From Thermoplasmatota archaeon (GTDB lineage Archaea; Thermoplasmatota; Thermoplasmata; UBA10834), in contig JBFMHR010000001.1 in assembly GCA_040751795.1 (NCBI GenBank), positions 416,001 to 480,000 on the forward strand: a stretch of DNA of 64,000 nucleotides, given 5' to 3'. The notes below the pieces were generated by a model. The model saw only the letters and a program-made list of their open reading frames with translations. It had not been told where the DNA came from and ran no database searches. How positions within the stretch are numbered: position 1 is the first letter of the stretch; each line of letters begins with the position of its first letter. The position numbers were made by a program, and so were the translations under genes. This document shows, piece after piece, positions 47,602 to 57,133 of this stretch.

Positions 47602-47948
47602 ACGGCCTCAGGGGCGCCGCAGGCGCAACCCTTGGCCCTGAGCTTCATGGCCTGTGCCGCCACCGGCTCGAGGAGCGTGTCCTGGACATCGCCCCTCTCG
47701 GCGCCGGGGACCGCGGAGACGTCCAGCGGGGACATGTGGCGGTACCCCCTGGCCTCCATCTCCCTGACCTGCTCCTCGTGCCTCGCGGAGAGGGCGAGCA
47801 GCTTCCCCCTCCACCTGAGGACCTCCGGGTGGCGGGAGTAGCCCCTCTTGCCGTCGAGGATTATGCTCCATACCGCGCGGAGCTCCCTGTGCTCCGCGAG
47901 GAGGTGGTTCCTGCAGAGGCAGGTGACGGGCATGTCCCAAATGCGCAT
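47535..47948 (-). CDS. Pyrimidine-dimer DNA glycosylase (T4 endonuclease V-like) family protein
   Basis: MRIWD...LCRNHLLAEHREL, GYSRHPE, EMEARGYRH; 3' overlap with the DUF998 gene. Confidence 0.8.
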   Translation of the reverse strand: MRIWDMPVTCLCRNHLLAEHRELRAVWSIILDGKRGYSRHPEVLRWRGKLLALSARHEEQVREMEARGYRHMSPLDVSAVPGAERGDVQDTLLEPVAAQAMKLRAKGCACGAPEAVHAFSRAPIMNPPSPMTQVTTG

Positions 47949-48063
47949 GCGGGGAGGGACGGCGCGGGGAGACATATCGGATGCGCCGCACACGCGGGAC
48001 GGCCGCCACCACCCGACCCCGTGCGGCGATAGTACCATTAGCCCCGCCCGAATCGTCGGGGCC

Positions 48064-48549
48064 ATGACAGCCAAAGTCGATAGGCCGAGGCCGGCGGCCG
48101 TGAAGGCCCTCGTCGCGACCATGGCGTTCTTCTCGTTCGTCGGGCTCATGACCGGGTACGGGCTCCTCTCGGACCCCACCGGGGCAGGCATCGGCCTCTC
48201 CCAGGACCTCCTCGAGGACGCCCCCGTCGGCGACTTCACGATGGTCGGCCTCTTCTTCGTGGCCTTCTTCGGCATCCTGCCCGCGCTCGCGGCCTACGGC
48301 CTCTGGATGACCCCGAGGTGGGGCTGGACCGATGCCGTGAACAGGTGGACGGGCCAGAACTGGGCCTGGACCGCGACCGCCGCCCTGGGCGTGATACTCC
48401 TCCTCTGGATCGCGGTGGAGGTGGTCTTCGTGGGGGCCCTGACGGGCATAGGCGGCGCCATGCAGGTGACCATAGCCGTGCTGGGGGTGGCCGTTCTGGC
48501 CCTGGTGACGAGGCCCTCGGTGAAGTCCTACGCGAGGCTCGAGGGGTGA
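48064..48549 (+). CDS. Four-TM membrane protein
   Basis: SDPTG..IGL, PVGDFTMVGL, hydrophobic helices. Confidence 0.8.
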   Translation: MTAKVDRPRPAAVKALVATMAFFSFVGLMTGYGLLSDPTGAGIGLSQDLLEDAPVGDFTMVGLFFVAFFGILPALAAYGLWMTPRWGWTDAVNRWTGQNWAWTATAALGVILLLWIAVEVVFVGALTGIGGAMQVTIAVLGVAVLALVTRPSVKSYARLEG

Positions 48550-48576
48550 GCCCCCGGGCATCGGGGACGTCCCGCC

Positions 48577-48984
48577 CTAGACCGGTCCGGCCAGGCGCCC
48601 CATCAGGTACGGGGCCACCGACTCGGTGACCAGCACGAGGACCCATATCCTGCCCTCGAGGACGTTGTAGTCTGCCAGGAGGGCGTCCCAGGAGTTGCCC
48701 ATCACATAGTGCCCGAAGCCGAACTCGAAGAGTATCGTCAGCGCCACCCATATGAGGCCCATGGCCCAGAGGTCAGCCGCCGACCGCTCTATGTCCGACC
48801 AGTTCAGGAACAGGTAGGCCATGACCAGTATGACTGTGGAGAGGGTGACGGAGCTGAGGGCGCGCCCGGCGTCCTCGCCCAGGGCGGGGATGAGCGCCCC
48901 CTGCCTCAGCGCGGCGTTCAGCATCGCGAACCCGACGAGCAGCCCCCAGAGGCCGAGGGTCCAGAGAAGCAGCTCCTGCCTCAT
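48577..48984 (-). CDS. Membrane protein
   Basis: NAALR, FEFGFGHY, LADYNVLEGRIW. Confidence 0.8.
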   Translation of the reverse strand: MRQELLLWTLGLWGLLVGFAMLNAALRQGALIPALGEDAGRALSSVTLSTVILVMAYLFLNWSDIERSAADLWAMGLIWVALTILFEFGFGHYVMGNSWDALLADYNVLEGRIWVLVLVTESVAPYLMGRLAGPV

Positions 48985-49364
48985 GCGGGCCGTCCCTTCC
49001 CCAGGTAGTCGCCCCTGGTCAGCAGCAGGAAGGCGGTGATCACGGCCGCGGGGACCATCCCTGCTGCGGCCGAGGGCTGGACGGCGGCGAGCGCCCACGC
49101 GTCGAAGGCGACCGTGTACGCCCCCACGGCGACCGTGCCCCAGAAGCCCCAGGGCCTGAGCAGGTACACCCCAGGGAGGAGCGCCAGCCCGGCCACGCCG
49201 ATTGCCAGGAAGCTGTACGACACGAACGCCTCGACCAGCGCGGACTGCTCCTCCTCGAACTGCATGTCCCCGGTGGTGCTCATGTAGAATATCGCGACCC
49301 TGACCGCGTAGTACAGGGCCGCGAAGAGCACGACTAGGACCAGGAACACCCTCTTACGTTCCAT
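48981..49364 (-). CDS. Membrane protein
   Basis: Four hydrophobic segments; ATGA overlap with the downstream gene. Confidence 0.75.
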   Translation of the reverse strand: MERKRVFLVLVVLFAALYYAVRVAIFYMSTTGDMQFEEEQSALVEAFVSYSFLAIGVAGLALLPGVYLLRPWGFWGTVAVGAYTVAFDAWALAAVQPSAAAGMVPAAVITAFLLLTRGDYLGKGRPA

Positions 49365-49436
49365 GGCTGCCTGGAGCCGCGTGAGCGGTACAACTATGTT
49401 GCGACGTCCCGTTCCGGCGTGCCCGGGCCGCCGTCC

Positions 49437-51242
49437 TCATATGAGGTGCGCGAACCTCGTCCTCACGACCCTGTCCAGGGTGTCCAGCACGAGGAACATG
49501 CTGCCGACGAGGAGGAAGGTCCCGATCAGCGGCATGAGCACATAGTCCCATTCGCCCGTCATCAGCATGCTCATGTCGTAGGCGAACCCGAAACTGTAGC
49601 CCCAGCTCCCCAGGTCGGTCACGGACAGGAAGTCGCAGAGGAACACCGCCACAGCCGTCATGGGGGCACCGTACTTGAGTGCCCCAAGAGTCCACGAGGC
49701 GAGGGCGGGGCCGAAGCGGACCGGGGGGGCGCCCAGGACGGAGCCGCGCCCCGCGGCCGCAAGGCGCCTTCTCGCCGAGACGAATCCATGGCACACGGAC
49801 AGGGTGACCAACGCGGCGACTGGCACCATGAAGTCGAGCGAGGCCGAGAGGTAGCCCTGCGGATCGGTCCCCAGCTCCGTCCCGTGCCGGGCGAGGAGCA
49901 GGATCCCTGCGAGGCACACCATCGGGATGGCCACCATGCCCTGCATCACCCCCGCGACGAGGCCGTCCGCGTAAGGCCTCAAGAGGCCCATGACGGTGCC
50001 CAGTGCGATGCCCATGAGCGAAGCGAACACCGCCGCCGCGACAGGCACTGCGACCATGGGGGCGGCGCCGTCCAGGAACATGTCCGTCGACGAGTGGAGC
50101 CACGGGTAGACGATCTCGTCCGAGGAGAGCATCGGCCCCACTACGGCCAGAGCCGCCATGCCGAGGAAGACCAGGAGCGACGCCACGCCGATCGGGCTCC
50201 TGAGGTAGTCCCTGAGAACCCCTTTCACGGCATCCTTGACCGCTCCCGGATGTGACGCGTGGGCGGGAGCAGGGCCGGCATCTCCCGGGGCCGCACCGTC
50301 CTCTCGCAGGTAGAGGTCGAGCCGGCGCCCCGGCCTGGCGATGGTCACCACGGTCTCCAGGGCATAGTTCGTGAGGAAGACTATCAATGACAGCAGGAAC
50401 ACCGATGCCTGCATGGCGAAGTAGTCATAGCTGGCGATGGACTGGACCAGCAGGTATCCGAGGCCCCTGAAGGAGAAGAACACCTCGACCCCGACCACGA
50501 AGCACATCGACGCAGCGACGAGGTACTGGATGGTCGGCATAGCGACGAACAGCCCGTCCCTGAGCTTGGGTCCCCCGCTCCCGGAGGTAGGGGCTGCGCG
50601 CACCTGCCCGTCCCTGATGGCGAGCGCGAACACGCCCAGCGAGCCGAGGGTCAACGACGAGACGGGGAGTATCAGGTGCTTCAGGTACTCCGACAGGTAT
50701 GCTGGGTCGTCCCTGGTCATCCCAGGGGGGACAGGGCCGCCGATGGGCAGCAGGTCCGTCTGCACCGCGAATGCTGATGTGAGGACCCACGCCCACCCCA
50801 ACACGGGGAGAGCGAACATCGCGAGCGGGAACAGGGAGAGCATCTGCCTCGCCGTGTGGCCCCTCAGCCGCGAGACCAGGAACGCGAACAGAACCCCGAC
50901 AATGAGGCACGCCGCGAGCATGGCCGAGAACAGGGCAAGGGTCCCCCACATGTCGTCGTAGATGATATCGGAGACGTCTGTCCCGTAGAGGTAGCTGACG
51001 CGGAAATCGCCTGTCAGCATGTCGCCAATGAATTGGACGTACTGCGCGTACAGCGGCTCCTCGAAGATGGAGCGAGTCTCCTCCCAGTATTCGACTGGCA
51101 CCATCGGGTTGCGGGGCGTGGCCAACGACATGGGGTCGCCTGGCAGCACCCGGAGGATGACGAACTCGACCGTGAGGATCACCATGATTCCTATGAAGAA
51201 TACGAGCAACCGTCTCAGAACGTACGACAGTTCCTTGTTCAT
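49437..51242 (-). CDS. Fused DppB-DppC-like ABC peptide permease (EAA loops degenerate)
   Basis: RVLPGDP, PLYAQY, GDFRVS, HLILP, VEVFFSFRGLG, then DppC-like half with SWG. Confidence 0.85.
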   Translation of the reverse strand: MNKELSYVLRRLLVFFIGIMVILTVEFVILRVLPGDPMSLATPRNPMVPVEYWEETRSIFEEPLYAQYVQFIGDMLTGDFRVSYLYGTDVSDIIYDDMWGTLALFSAMLAACLIVGVLFAFLVSRLRGHTARQMLSLFPLAMFALPVLGWAWVLTSAFAVQTDLLPIGGPVPPGMTRDDPAYLSEYLKHLILPVSSLTLGSLGVFALAIRDGQVRAAPTSGSGGPKLRDGLFVAMPTIQYLVAASMCFVVGVEVFFSFRGLGYLLVQSIASYDYFAMQASVFLLSLIVFLTNYALETVVTIARPGRRLDLYLREDGAAPGDAGPAPAHASHPGAVKDAVKGVLRDYLRSPIGVASLLVFLGMAALAVVGPMLSSDEIVYPWLHSSTDMFLDGAAPMVAVPVAAAVFASLMGIALGTVMGLLRPYADGLVAGVMQGMVAIPMVCLAGILLLARHGTELGTDPQGYLSASLDFMVPVAALVTLSVCHGFVSARRRLAAAGRGSVLGAPPVRFGPALASWTLGALKYGAPMTAVAVFLCDFLSVTDLGSWGYSFGFAYDMSMLMTGEWDYVLMPLIGTFLLVGSMFLVLDTLDRVVRTRFAHLI

Positions 51243-51368
51243 GCCACCAGGACCCCAGACTTCGCCCGGACAGAATCGCCGGACGCGGTATAATAGCGTT
51301 CGCAGGGGCTGCCCCTGACCGCATCGATCCGCTGGACGGCCGAGGGCCTGGATGCTCGGCCCGTCCCG

Positions 51369-52013
51369 TCAGCACTCCGGCAGGAAGTCCTTCCTGGAGG
51401 CGGCCAGCAGGAGGAGGCCGACGAGCGCGAGGAATGCCCCCATGAGGAAGCCTATGGATAGGACGCCGAAGATGGCCCCCATGATGGCGAGCTCGTACCT
51501 CGTCTCAGTGAGGGCGAAGAGCCCGCCCGCGACGGCCAGGAGCCCGGCGGCGATGGCCCAGGCCTGGAGGGCGACGTACTTCACGAAGAGGTCGTCCGCG
51601 GACGAGACCCACGGGAGCACCCCCTCCATGGTGTCCATCAGCGACCCGGCCACCTCCGGGTTGAGCCCCGCGATGCCCTGGCCGATCCCCAACGCGCCGG
51701 CCATCATGACGAGTATCCCCGCCATGGCCACCCTCGACGACCTCCCGGCGGCGGCCGGATTCTCGGACCAGTGGACGCACTCGTTCTCCGGGAGGTCCTT
51801 CGGCAGGTTGCGCATGATGACCTCCCTGACGGTCATGGTGCAGGAGCTGCAGACCTCCGCCCCCTCCTCCACCGGCTGGCCGCAGTGGGGGCACAGGAGG
51901 GACCCCGGGGCCCGGGCGTGCTCGTGGGCCATGGGCCTGCCGCACAGCCTGCAGCGCTCCGCGCCCTGGGCATTCATCGTGCCGCAGTGGGGGCACATGG
52001 CCGAGTCGGTCAT
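51369..52013 (-). CDS. Double zinc-ribbon membrane protein
   Basis: Four CxxC pairs, then four TMs. Confidence 0.85.
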   Translation of the reverse strand: MTDSAMCPHCGTMNAQGAERCRLCGRPMAHEHARAPGSLLCPHCGQPVEEGAEVCSSCTMTVREVIMRNLPKDLPENECVHWSENPAAAGRSSRVAMAGILVMMAGALGIGQGIAGLNPEVAGSLMDTMEGVLPWVSSADDLFVKYVALQAWAIAAGLLAVAGGLFALTETRYELAIMGAIFGVLSIGFLMGAFLALVGLLLLAASRKDFLPEC

Positions 52014-52053
52014 CGCCCCTTGATTTTGCGCCGGGCGGATGATACCTTTTCGC

Positions 52054-53016
52054 CTATGGCGCCTGGATGCCTATGCGGTCGAGGTCGATGTTCCCGCCGG
52101 ACACGACCACGGCGACCTTCTCGCCCGGGGTGAACCGCACCTTCCCCTGGATGATGGCGGCGGGGCCTACCGCCCCGGAGCCCTCGACGACCTGCCTCTC
52201 GTTCCTCATCAGCCAGATGATGGTGTCCCTCAGCTTCTCCTCCTCTGCGAGGACGACGTCGTCGAACCAGCGGAGGGCGAGGTCGAGGTTGAGCTGGGTT
52301 ATCCCCCCTGCGAGCCCCTCGCAGAGCGTCGGTGGAACGGGCACCTCCACGAGCCTCTTGGCCCTGAAGCACTCGTGAAGCGTGTGGGCCGCCGTGGACT
52401 GGGCGCCCATGATTCTGACCGAGGGGCTCACCGTCTTCGACCACGTCGCTATGCCTGATAGCAGGCCTCCTCCCCCCACGGGGCACACAATCGTGCCGAC
52501 GTCCGGGAGGTCCTCGAGTATCTCCACCCCCACGGTCCCATGGCCGGCCATGACGTCGTAGTCGTCCGTGCCGGATATGAAAGTCATGGCGCCGCCCCTC
52601 GCGAGCTCCTGGCAGTGGGCGAACGCCTCGTCGAAGTAGCTACCGTGGAGGACCACCTCGGCCCCGAGGGCCTCGCACTTGCTCACCTTCACCTTCGGGG
52701 TGTTGGCCGGGACGCATATCGTCGCGCGGATGCCCAGGCTCCTCGCCCCGAGGGCGACGCCGAGGGCCCAGTTCCCCGCCGACGCGGTGATGACCCCCCT
52801 CCTCCTCTCCTCCTCGGAGAGGAGGCTCATCCTGTACAGAGCGCCGCGGACCTTGTACGAGCCAGTCCTCTGCAGGTTCTCCCACTTGATGTGCACCTCG
52901 GCCCCGCTGACGTCGCTGAGCGCCTTCGAGTGGGTCAGGGGCGTCCTCGTTATCGACCCATCGACCGCCTTCCTGGCCTTCAGCACGTCGACCGCGGTGA
53001 AGCCCGTTCCGCCCAT
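52054..53016 (-). CDS. PLP-dependent threonine/serine dehydratase family (EutB-like)
   Basis: KWENLQRTGSYKVRGA, SAGN, PVGGGGL, EGSGA, SGGNID. Confidence 0.93.
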   Translation of the reverse strand: MGGTGFTAVDVLKARKAVDGSITRTPLTHSKALSDVSGAEVHIKWENLQRTGSYKVRGALYRMSLLSEEERRRGVITASAGNWALGVALGARSLGIRATICVPANTPKVKVSKCEALGAEVVLHGSYFDEAFAHCQELARGGAMTFISGTDDYDVMAGHGTVGVEILEDLPDVGTIVCPVGGGGLLSGIATWSKTVSPSVRIMGAQSTAAHTLHECFRAKRLVEVPVPPTLCEGLAGGITQLNLDLALRWFDDVVLAEEEKLRDTIIWLMRNERQVVEGSGAVGPAAIIQGKVRFTPGEKVAVVVSGGNIDLDRIGIQAP

Positions 53017-53020
53017 CGGA

Positions 53021-54019
53021 TCAGACCTCGATGCAGAAGCCCTTGCCCGAGCGTTTCGCCTTCTCGTAGACGAAACTCGATATGGCGACGTCCTGGACGG
53101 CGATGCCGGTGAGGTCGCAGACCGTGACCTCCTTGTCCGACTCCCTCCCCGGCTTCCTCCCGAGGAGGACCTCCCCGAGCTCGGCGTGCACGTCCTCCTC
53201 CTTCATGCTGCCGTCCTCGAGCGCGTGGTGCACCTCTCCTAGCCTCGCGCACTGCCTGAGGCTGTCGACGACGACCTTGTCGGCCCTCGCCAGTATCTTC
53301 GTGTCGAGCTCCTGCTTCCCCGGCTCGTCGGAGCCCATCGCGGTTATGTGCGCCCCGCCTGAGATCCACTCGACCTTCACGACCGGGGAGGTGCTCATGG
53401 TCGCTGTGACGATGACCTCGGCCCCCCTGACGGCCTCCTCCACGGTGGCGGTCGGGACGACCTTGACCCCGAGGGCCTTGGACATCTCCGAGGCGTAGGC
53501 CTCCGCCTTGGCGCGGTCCCTGCCCCAGACCCTGAGCTCGCCGAACCCCCTGACCTTGCTGAGCGCCACGACCTGCAGCCTGGCCTGGGTGCCCGTGCCT
53601 ATGACGGCCACCTTGGACACGTCCTCCTTCGCCAGGGCGTCCGCGGCCACCGCGCCCGCCGCGGCGGTCCTCAGGTCGGTGAGGAAGCACCTGTCCACCT
53701 CGAAGCACAGGGGGAGGCCGGTCTTTGAGTCGAAGAGGAGAAGCATGCCGTGGCTGGATGGCATGCCCCGTTTCGGGTTGTCGTAGAACCCTGAGGCGAT
53801 CTTCACCGTGTAGGACGGGGTGCCCTTGACGTAGCCGGGCTTGATGTGCACGTCCCCGTTGCCGTCGGGGACGTTGAGGGCGACCGGGAACGGCACGACG
53901 GCCCTGTCCGAGTTGTAGGCCTTGAACCCCTCCCGTACCGCAGCGATCGCGTCCTCCATCGTGACCAGGGACTCGATGTCCTCCTTGGTCAGCACCAGCA
54001 CCTTCGTCATATCACCCAT
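53021..54019 (-). CDS. Ornithine cyclodeaminase/mu-crystallin family (EutC-like)
   Basis: HIKPG, KIASGFYDN, LTDLRTAAAG, GTGTQA, DLTGIAVQD. Confidence 0.93.
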   Translation of the reverse strand: MGDMTKVLVLTKEDIESLVTMEDAIAAVREGFKAYNSDRAVVPFPVALNVPDGNGDVHIKPGYVKGTPSYTVKIASGFYDNPKRGMPSSHGMLLLFDSKTGLPLCFEVDRCFLTDLRTAAAGAVAADALAKEDVSKVAVIGTGTQARLQVVALSKVRGFGELRVWGRDRAKAEAYASEMSKALGVKVVPTATVEEAVRGAEVIVTATMSTSPVVKVEWISGGAHITAMGSDEPGKQELDTKILARADKVVVDSLRQCARLGEVHHALEDGSMKEEDVHAELGEVLLGRKPGRESDKEVTVCDLTGIAVQDVAISSFVYEKAKRSGKGFCIEV

Positions 54020-54115
54020 GTGCGAGAGCCTCCCTTCCGCGGCGACGACGCCACGGCCTGAATGGACCGTGCCCGCATTAGACTTTCCCCGGCCGGGGAG
54101 AGGCCAGGCACTGCC

Positions 54116-54124
54116 ATATATATA
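54116..54124. promoter_or_regulatory. TATA element between divergent genes
   Basis: ATATATATA. Confidence 0.55.
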
Positions 54125-54160
54125 GTGCGGAGTTTATTCATGTCCCGGGGTTCTGGTAGG

Positions 54161-56071
54161 ATGGAGCGGGTCTCTCATGGGACGGTCATGGGCATCGTGA
54201 AGAAGGTCACCTCGGTCGCGCTGGCGGTCCTGTTGCTCGCGTCGTTCAACTTCGCGGCGTTCTACATCAGCCAGGGCGACCCGTTGCTCTGGATGGTGCC
54301 GAAGGGCAGCGACTACGAGATCAAGGAGATGATCATCGACGAGGCGAGGCTCGACGAGCCGCTCTACGTGCAGTACCTCGACTACATGCTTGACACGTTC
54401 ACCGGCGACTTCAGGGTCAGCACATCGGCGTTCAGGGGCGTCGACATCCAGGACATCATATGGGACGATGCGGGGAACACCCTCGCCCTGCTCTCGCTCG
54501 GGCTGGTGGGGTCGCTGGCGCTGGGGGCGGCGCTGGAGATGGCCGTCGGGAGGAGGCGCGCCGGCGCCAGGGCCGCCCTCGCGCACGGGGTGTCCCTCCT
54601 GCTCATGAGCATGCCTGTGTTCGCCCTCTCGCTGATGGTCATGTGGGGGATCGTCCAGTTCGACGTGGGCCTGCCCCTCTGGGGGGACGGCACCTCCGCG
54701 CCCTATGACGAGGGGGACCTCCGGTCCGTCGCCGAACACATCATCCTCCCCGTGTCCCTGGTCGTCCTTTCCTCGGCCGGGATGGCGTCCCTGCTCGTCA
54801 GGGAGGGACTCCGGCCGACGGGCGCCGCCGGCGCGCCGATGAATGGCTGGATGCCGGCGTTCGCCTCGGGCCTCGTCAGGCTGAGGCCCGCGCCGCACTT
54901 CTTCGTCGCATGGACCATGGCCGTCGCCCTGTTCGTGGACGCGGCCTTCAGCTACGACGGCCTCGGCTCGATGATGCTGACCGCCCTCTACCACCTGGAC
55001 TTCCCGCTGCTGATGGCAGTCGTGTCCATAGCCTCCCTGATCACGTTGGCGGCGTCCCTGCTGACGAGCGCGTGCCTCCACCTCGTCGCGGGCAGGAGGC
55101 TGACCGATTCGCTGTCGGACTGGGGCCGGAGGGAGCCCGCCGGCGCCGCCCCGGCGCCCTCGGGGGAGCCGGCGCCGGCGGTCCGGAGGGACTGGATCGA
55201 CGCCGCATGGTCTTGGTTCAGGTCGTCCGCGGCGGGGATGGCCGCACTGGCCGTGCTCGCCGTGGTCATCGTGCTCGGCGTCCTCGCGCCGGTGATCGCC
55301 CCGGCCCCCGACCCGTCGGGCCTCGAGTACCTGGAGCCGTACGTCTACCCCGACTGGCGCAACCCCCTCCCGCCCTCGCTCGAACCTTCGCCCTACTCGG
55401 GGATGACTCACTACCTCGGCACCGACCCCGTCGGGAGGGACGTGCTCAGCCTCTGGCTGTTCGGGGCCAGGGACGCGGGGCTCCTGGTCGCTGCGCTGGT
55501 CCTCGGCGCGGTCGCGATCGGCCTCGCGATAGGCGCCCTCGCATCGGAGACCGCCGACATCTCCGGGCGCGCCCCGAGGGCGGCCGACCTCCTCCTCACA
55601 GCGGGCGGGCGTGCGATGGTCGCCGTCCCGCTGCCCCTCTTCATCGCCGCGCGGTTCGTGACCCAGCGCGACATCAGCCTGGCCCCTGTTTTCCTGCTGC
55701 TGGCGTTCTACGCCTGGGCGTGGTTCCTCATCGCCCGGCCCGTCAGGGCGGCGACGAGGCGCGCCAACGGGCTGGTCTCCAGGTCCGTCTGGCTACCCTC
55801 CTCCCTGGCGGAGTCGCTCTCGGTCGCGAAGTTCGCAGCCCCCGTCGCGTTCCTGGTGCAGTTCCAGCTGTGCGCGATAGGCTTCGGGAGCGGTTCCGAT
55901 GTGACGTGGGGGAGGCTCATGGACACGGCCTACTCGTACGCGGCCTTCATGACCGGGGACTGGCACCTGATCCTCCCGCCGCTGGTCGGTGTGACGGTCG
56001 TCTGCGCAGCCGCGTTCGTCCTCCTGGACAGGGCAGAGCACGCCGTGAGGGCGGCCGCGCCGGCCCCGTGA
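54161..56071 (+). CDS. Second fused DppB-DppC-like ABC permease (EAA loops degenerate)
   Basis: GDP, LDEPLYVQY, GDFRVS, HIILP, DGLG; HYLGTDPVGRDVLS; TWG. Confidence 0.85.
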   Translation: MERVSHGTVMGIVKKVTSVALAVLLLASFNFAAFYISQGDPLLWMVPKGSDYEIKEMIIDEARLDEPLYVQYLDYMLDTFTGDFRVSTSAFRGVDIQDIIWDDAGNTLALLSLGLVGSLALGAALEMAVGRRRAGARAALAHGVSLLLMSMPVFALSLMVMWGIVQFDVGLPLWGDGTSAPYDEGDLRSVAEHIILPVSLVVLSSAGMASLLVREGLRPTGAAGAPMNGWMPAFASGLVRLRPAPHFFVAWTMAVALFVDAAFSYDGLGSMMLTALYHLDFPLLMAVVSIASLITLAASLLTSACLHLVAGRRLTDSLSDWGRREPAGAAPAPSGEPAPAVRRDWIDAAWSWFRSSAAGMAALAVLAVVIVLGVLAPVIAPAPDPSGLEYLEPYVYPDWRNPLPPSLEPSPYSGMTHYLGTDPVGRDVLSLWLFGARDAGLLVAALVLGAVAIGLAIGALASETADISGRAPRAADLLLTAGGRAMVAVPLPLFIAARFVTQRDISLAPVFLLLAFYAWAWFLIARPVRAATRRANGLVSRSVWLPSSLAESLSVAKFAAPVAFLVQFQLCAIGFGSGSDVTWGRLMDTAYSYAAFMTGDWHLILPPLVGVTVVCAAAFVLLDRAEHAVRAAAPAP

Positions 56072-56127
56072 TCGGGCGTGGGCAACCATTTTGAGCCCGG
56101 AGCGGCCTACGGTGCGCAGGGTTCCAG

Positions 56128-57120
56128 ATGTCGAGAGGGGCTAAGATCGCGGTCGCAGTCGGGGTCGTGGTGCTCTTCCTCCTCGCGGTGATAGTGATCA
56201 CCCAGCCGAAGGAGGAGACGGTGATAACGAACGAGGACAGGCTCGCGGCCATACCGTCCTCATCGGTGAAGATGGGGCCGGAGGACGACGAGTATTTGCC
56301 GGTGGTCCACTCCTCCGAGTGGCAGCAGCCCATCCCGATGCCCGGGCCGGTCAACACGGCCGGGGCGGAGGACAGCCCGTACATTACCGACGACGGCGAC
56401 TGGTTCTTCTTCTTCTTCACGCCCGACGTCACAGTGCCCGCCAACGAGCAGCTCCTCGACGGGGTCACTGGCATATGGTGGACGAGGATGATGGGCGGCG
56501 AGTGGACCCCTCCCGAGAGGATCGTCACCCACGACGACCTCTCCCTGGACGGGGCGCAGGCCTGCGTCGGCACCACCCTCTGGTTCGCGTCCATCAGGAG
56601 CGACAACTTCGGAGAGATAGACGTCTACACCGCGCAGTACGAGGGCGGCGAATGGACGGACGTGGAGAACGCGGGCGAGCAGCTCAACGTCGACTACGAC
56701 ATAGGCGAGTTCCACATCATGCCCAACGGCACCATGATGTACTTCCACAGCGGCAAGTGGGACGACGGAGCGAGCATGGACATCTGGTCCTCCGTCAAGG
56801 TGGGGGACTCGTGGTCCGAGCCCGTCAAGGTCCCGGGGGTCAACACCGACTGGGCCAACGAGGGGTACCCGTACGTCACCCCGGACGGGCAGGAGCTGTG
56901 GTTCACGGCCGAGAGCAGGCTGGGCATGGGCTACACCGGCCCAGCGATATTCAGGTGCGTGCTGCAGCCGAACGGGACCTGGGGCGAGCCGGAGGAGGTC
57001 GTCTCCAACTTCGCAGGCGAGTGCACCATGGACGACGACGGCAACCTCTACTTCGTCCACCACTACTTCGTCGACGGGGAGATGGTCGAGGCGGACATCT
57101 ACGTGGCCATGAAGAGCTGA
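56128..57120 (+). CDS. Membrane-anchored TolB/PD40-like beta-propeller protein
   Basis: N-terminal TM, VNT..EDSPYITDDG, VNTDWANEGYPYVTPDG, DIY motifs. Confidence 0.85.
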   Translation: MSRGAKIAVAVGVVVLFLLAVIVITQPKEETVITNEDRLAAIPSSSVKMGPEDDEYLPVVHSSEWQQPIPMPGPVNTAGAEDSPYITDDGDWFFFFFTPDVTVPANEQLLDGVTGIWWTRMMGGEWTPPERIVTHDDLSLDGAQACVGTTLWFASIRSDNFGEIDVYTAQYEGGEWTDVENAGEQLNVDYDIGEFHIMPNGTMMYFHSGKWDDGASMDIWSSVKVGDSWSEPVKVPGVNTDWANEGYPYVTPDGQELWFTAESRLGMGYTGPAIFRCVLQPNGTWGEPEEVVSNFAGECTMDDDGNLYFVHHYFVDGEMVEADIYVAMKS

Positions 57121-57133
57121 GCCCTGGCCGGGC

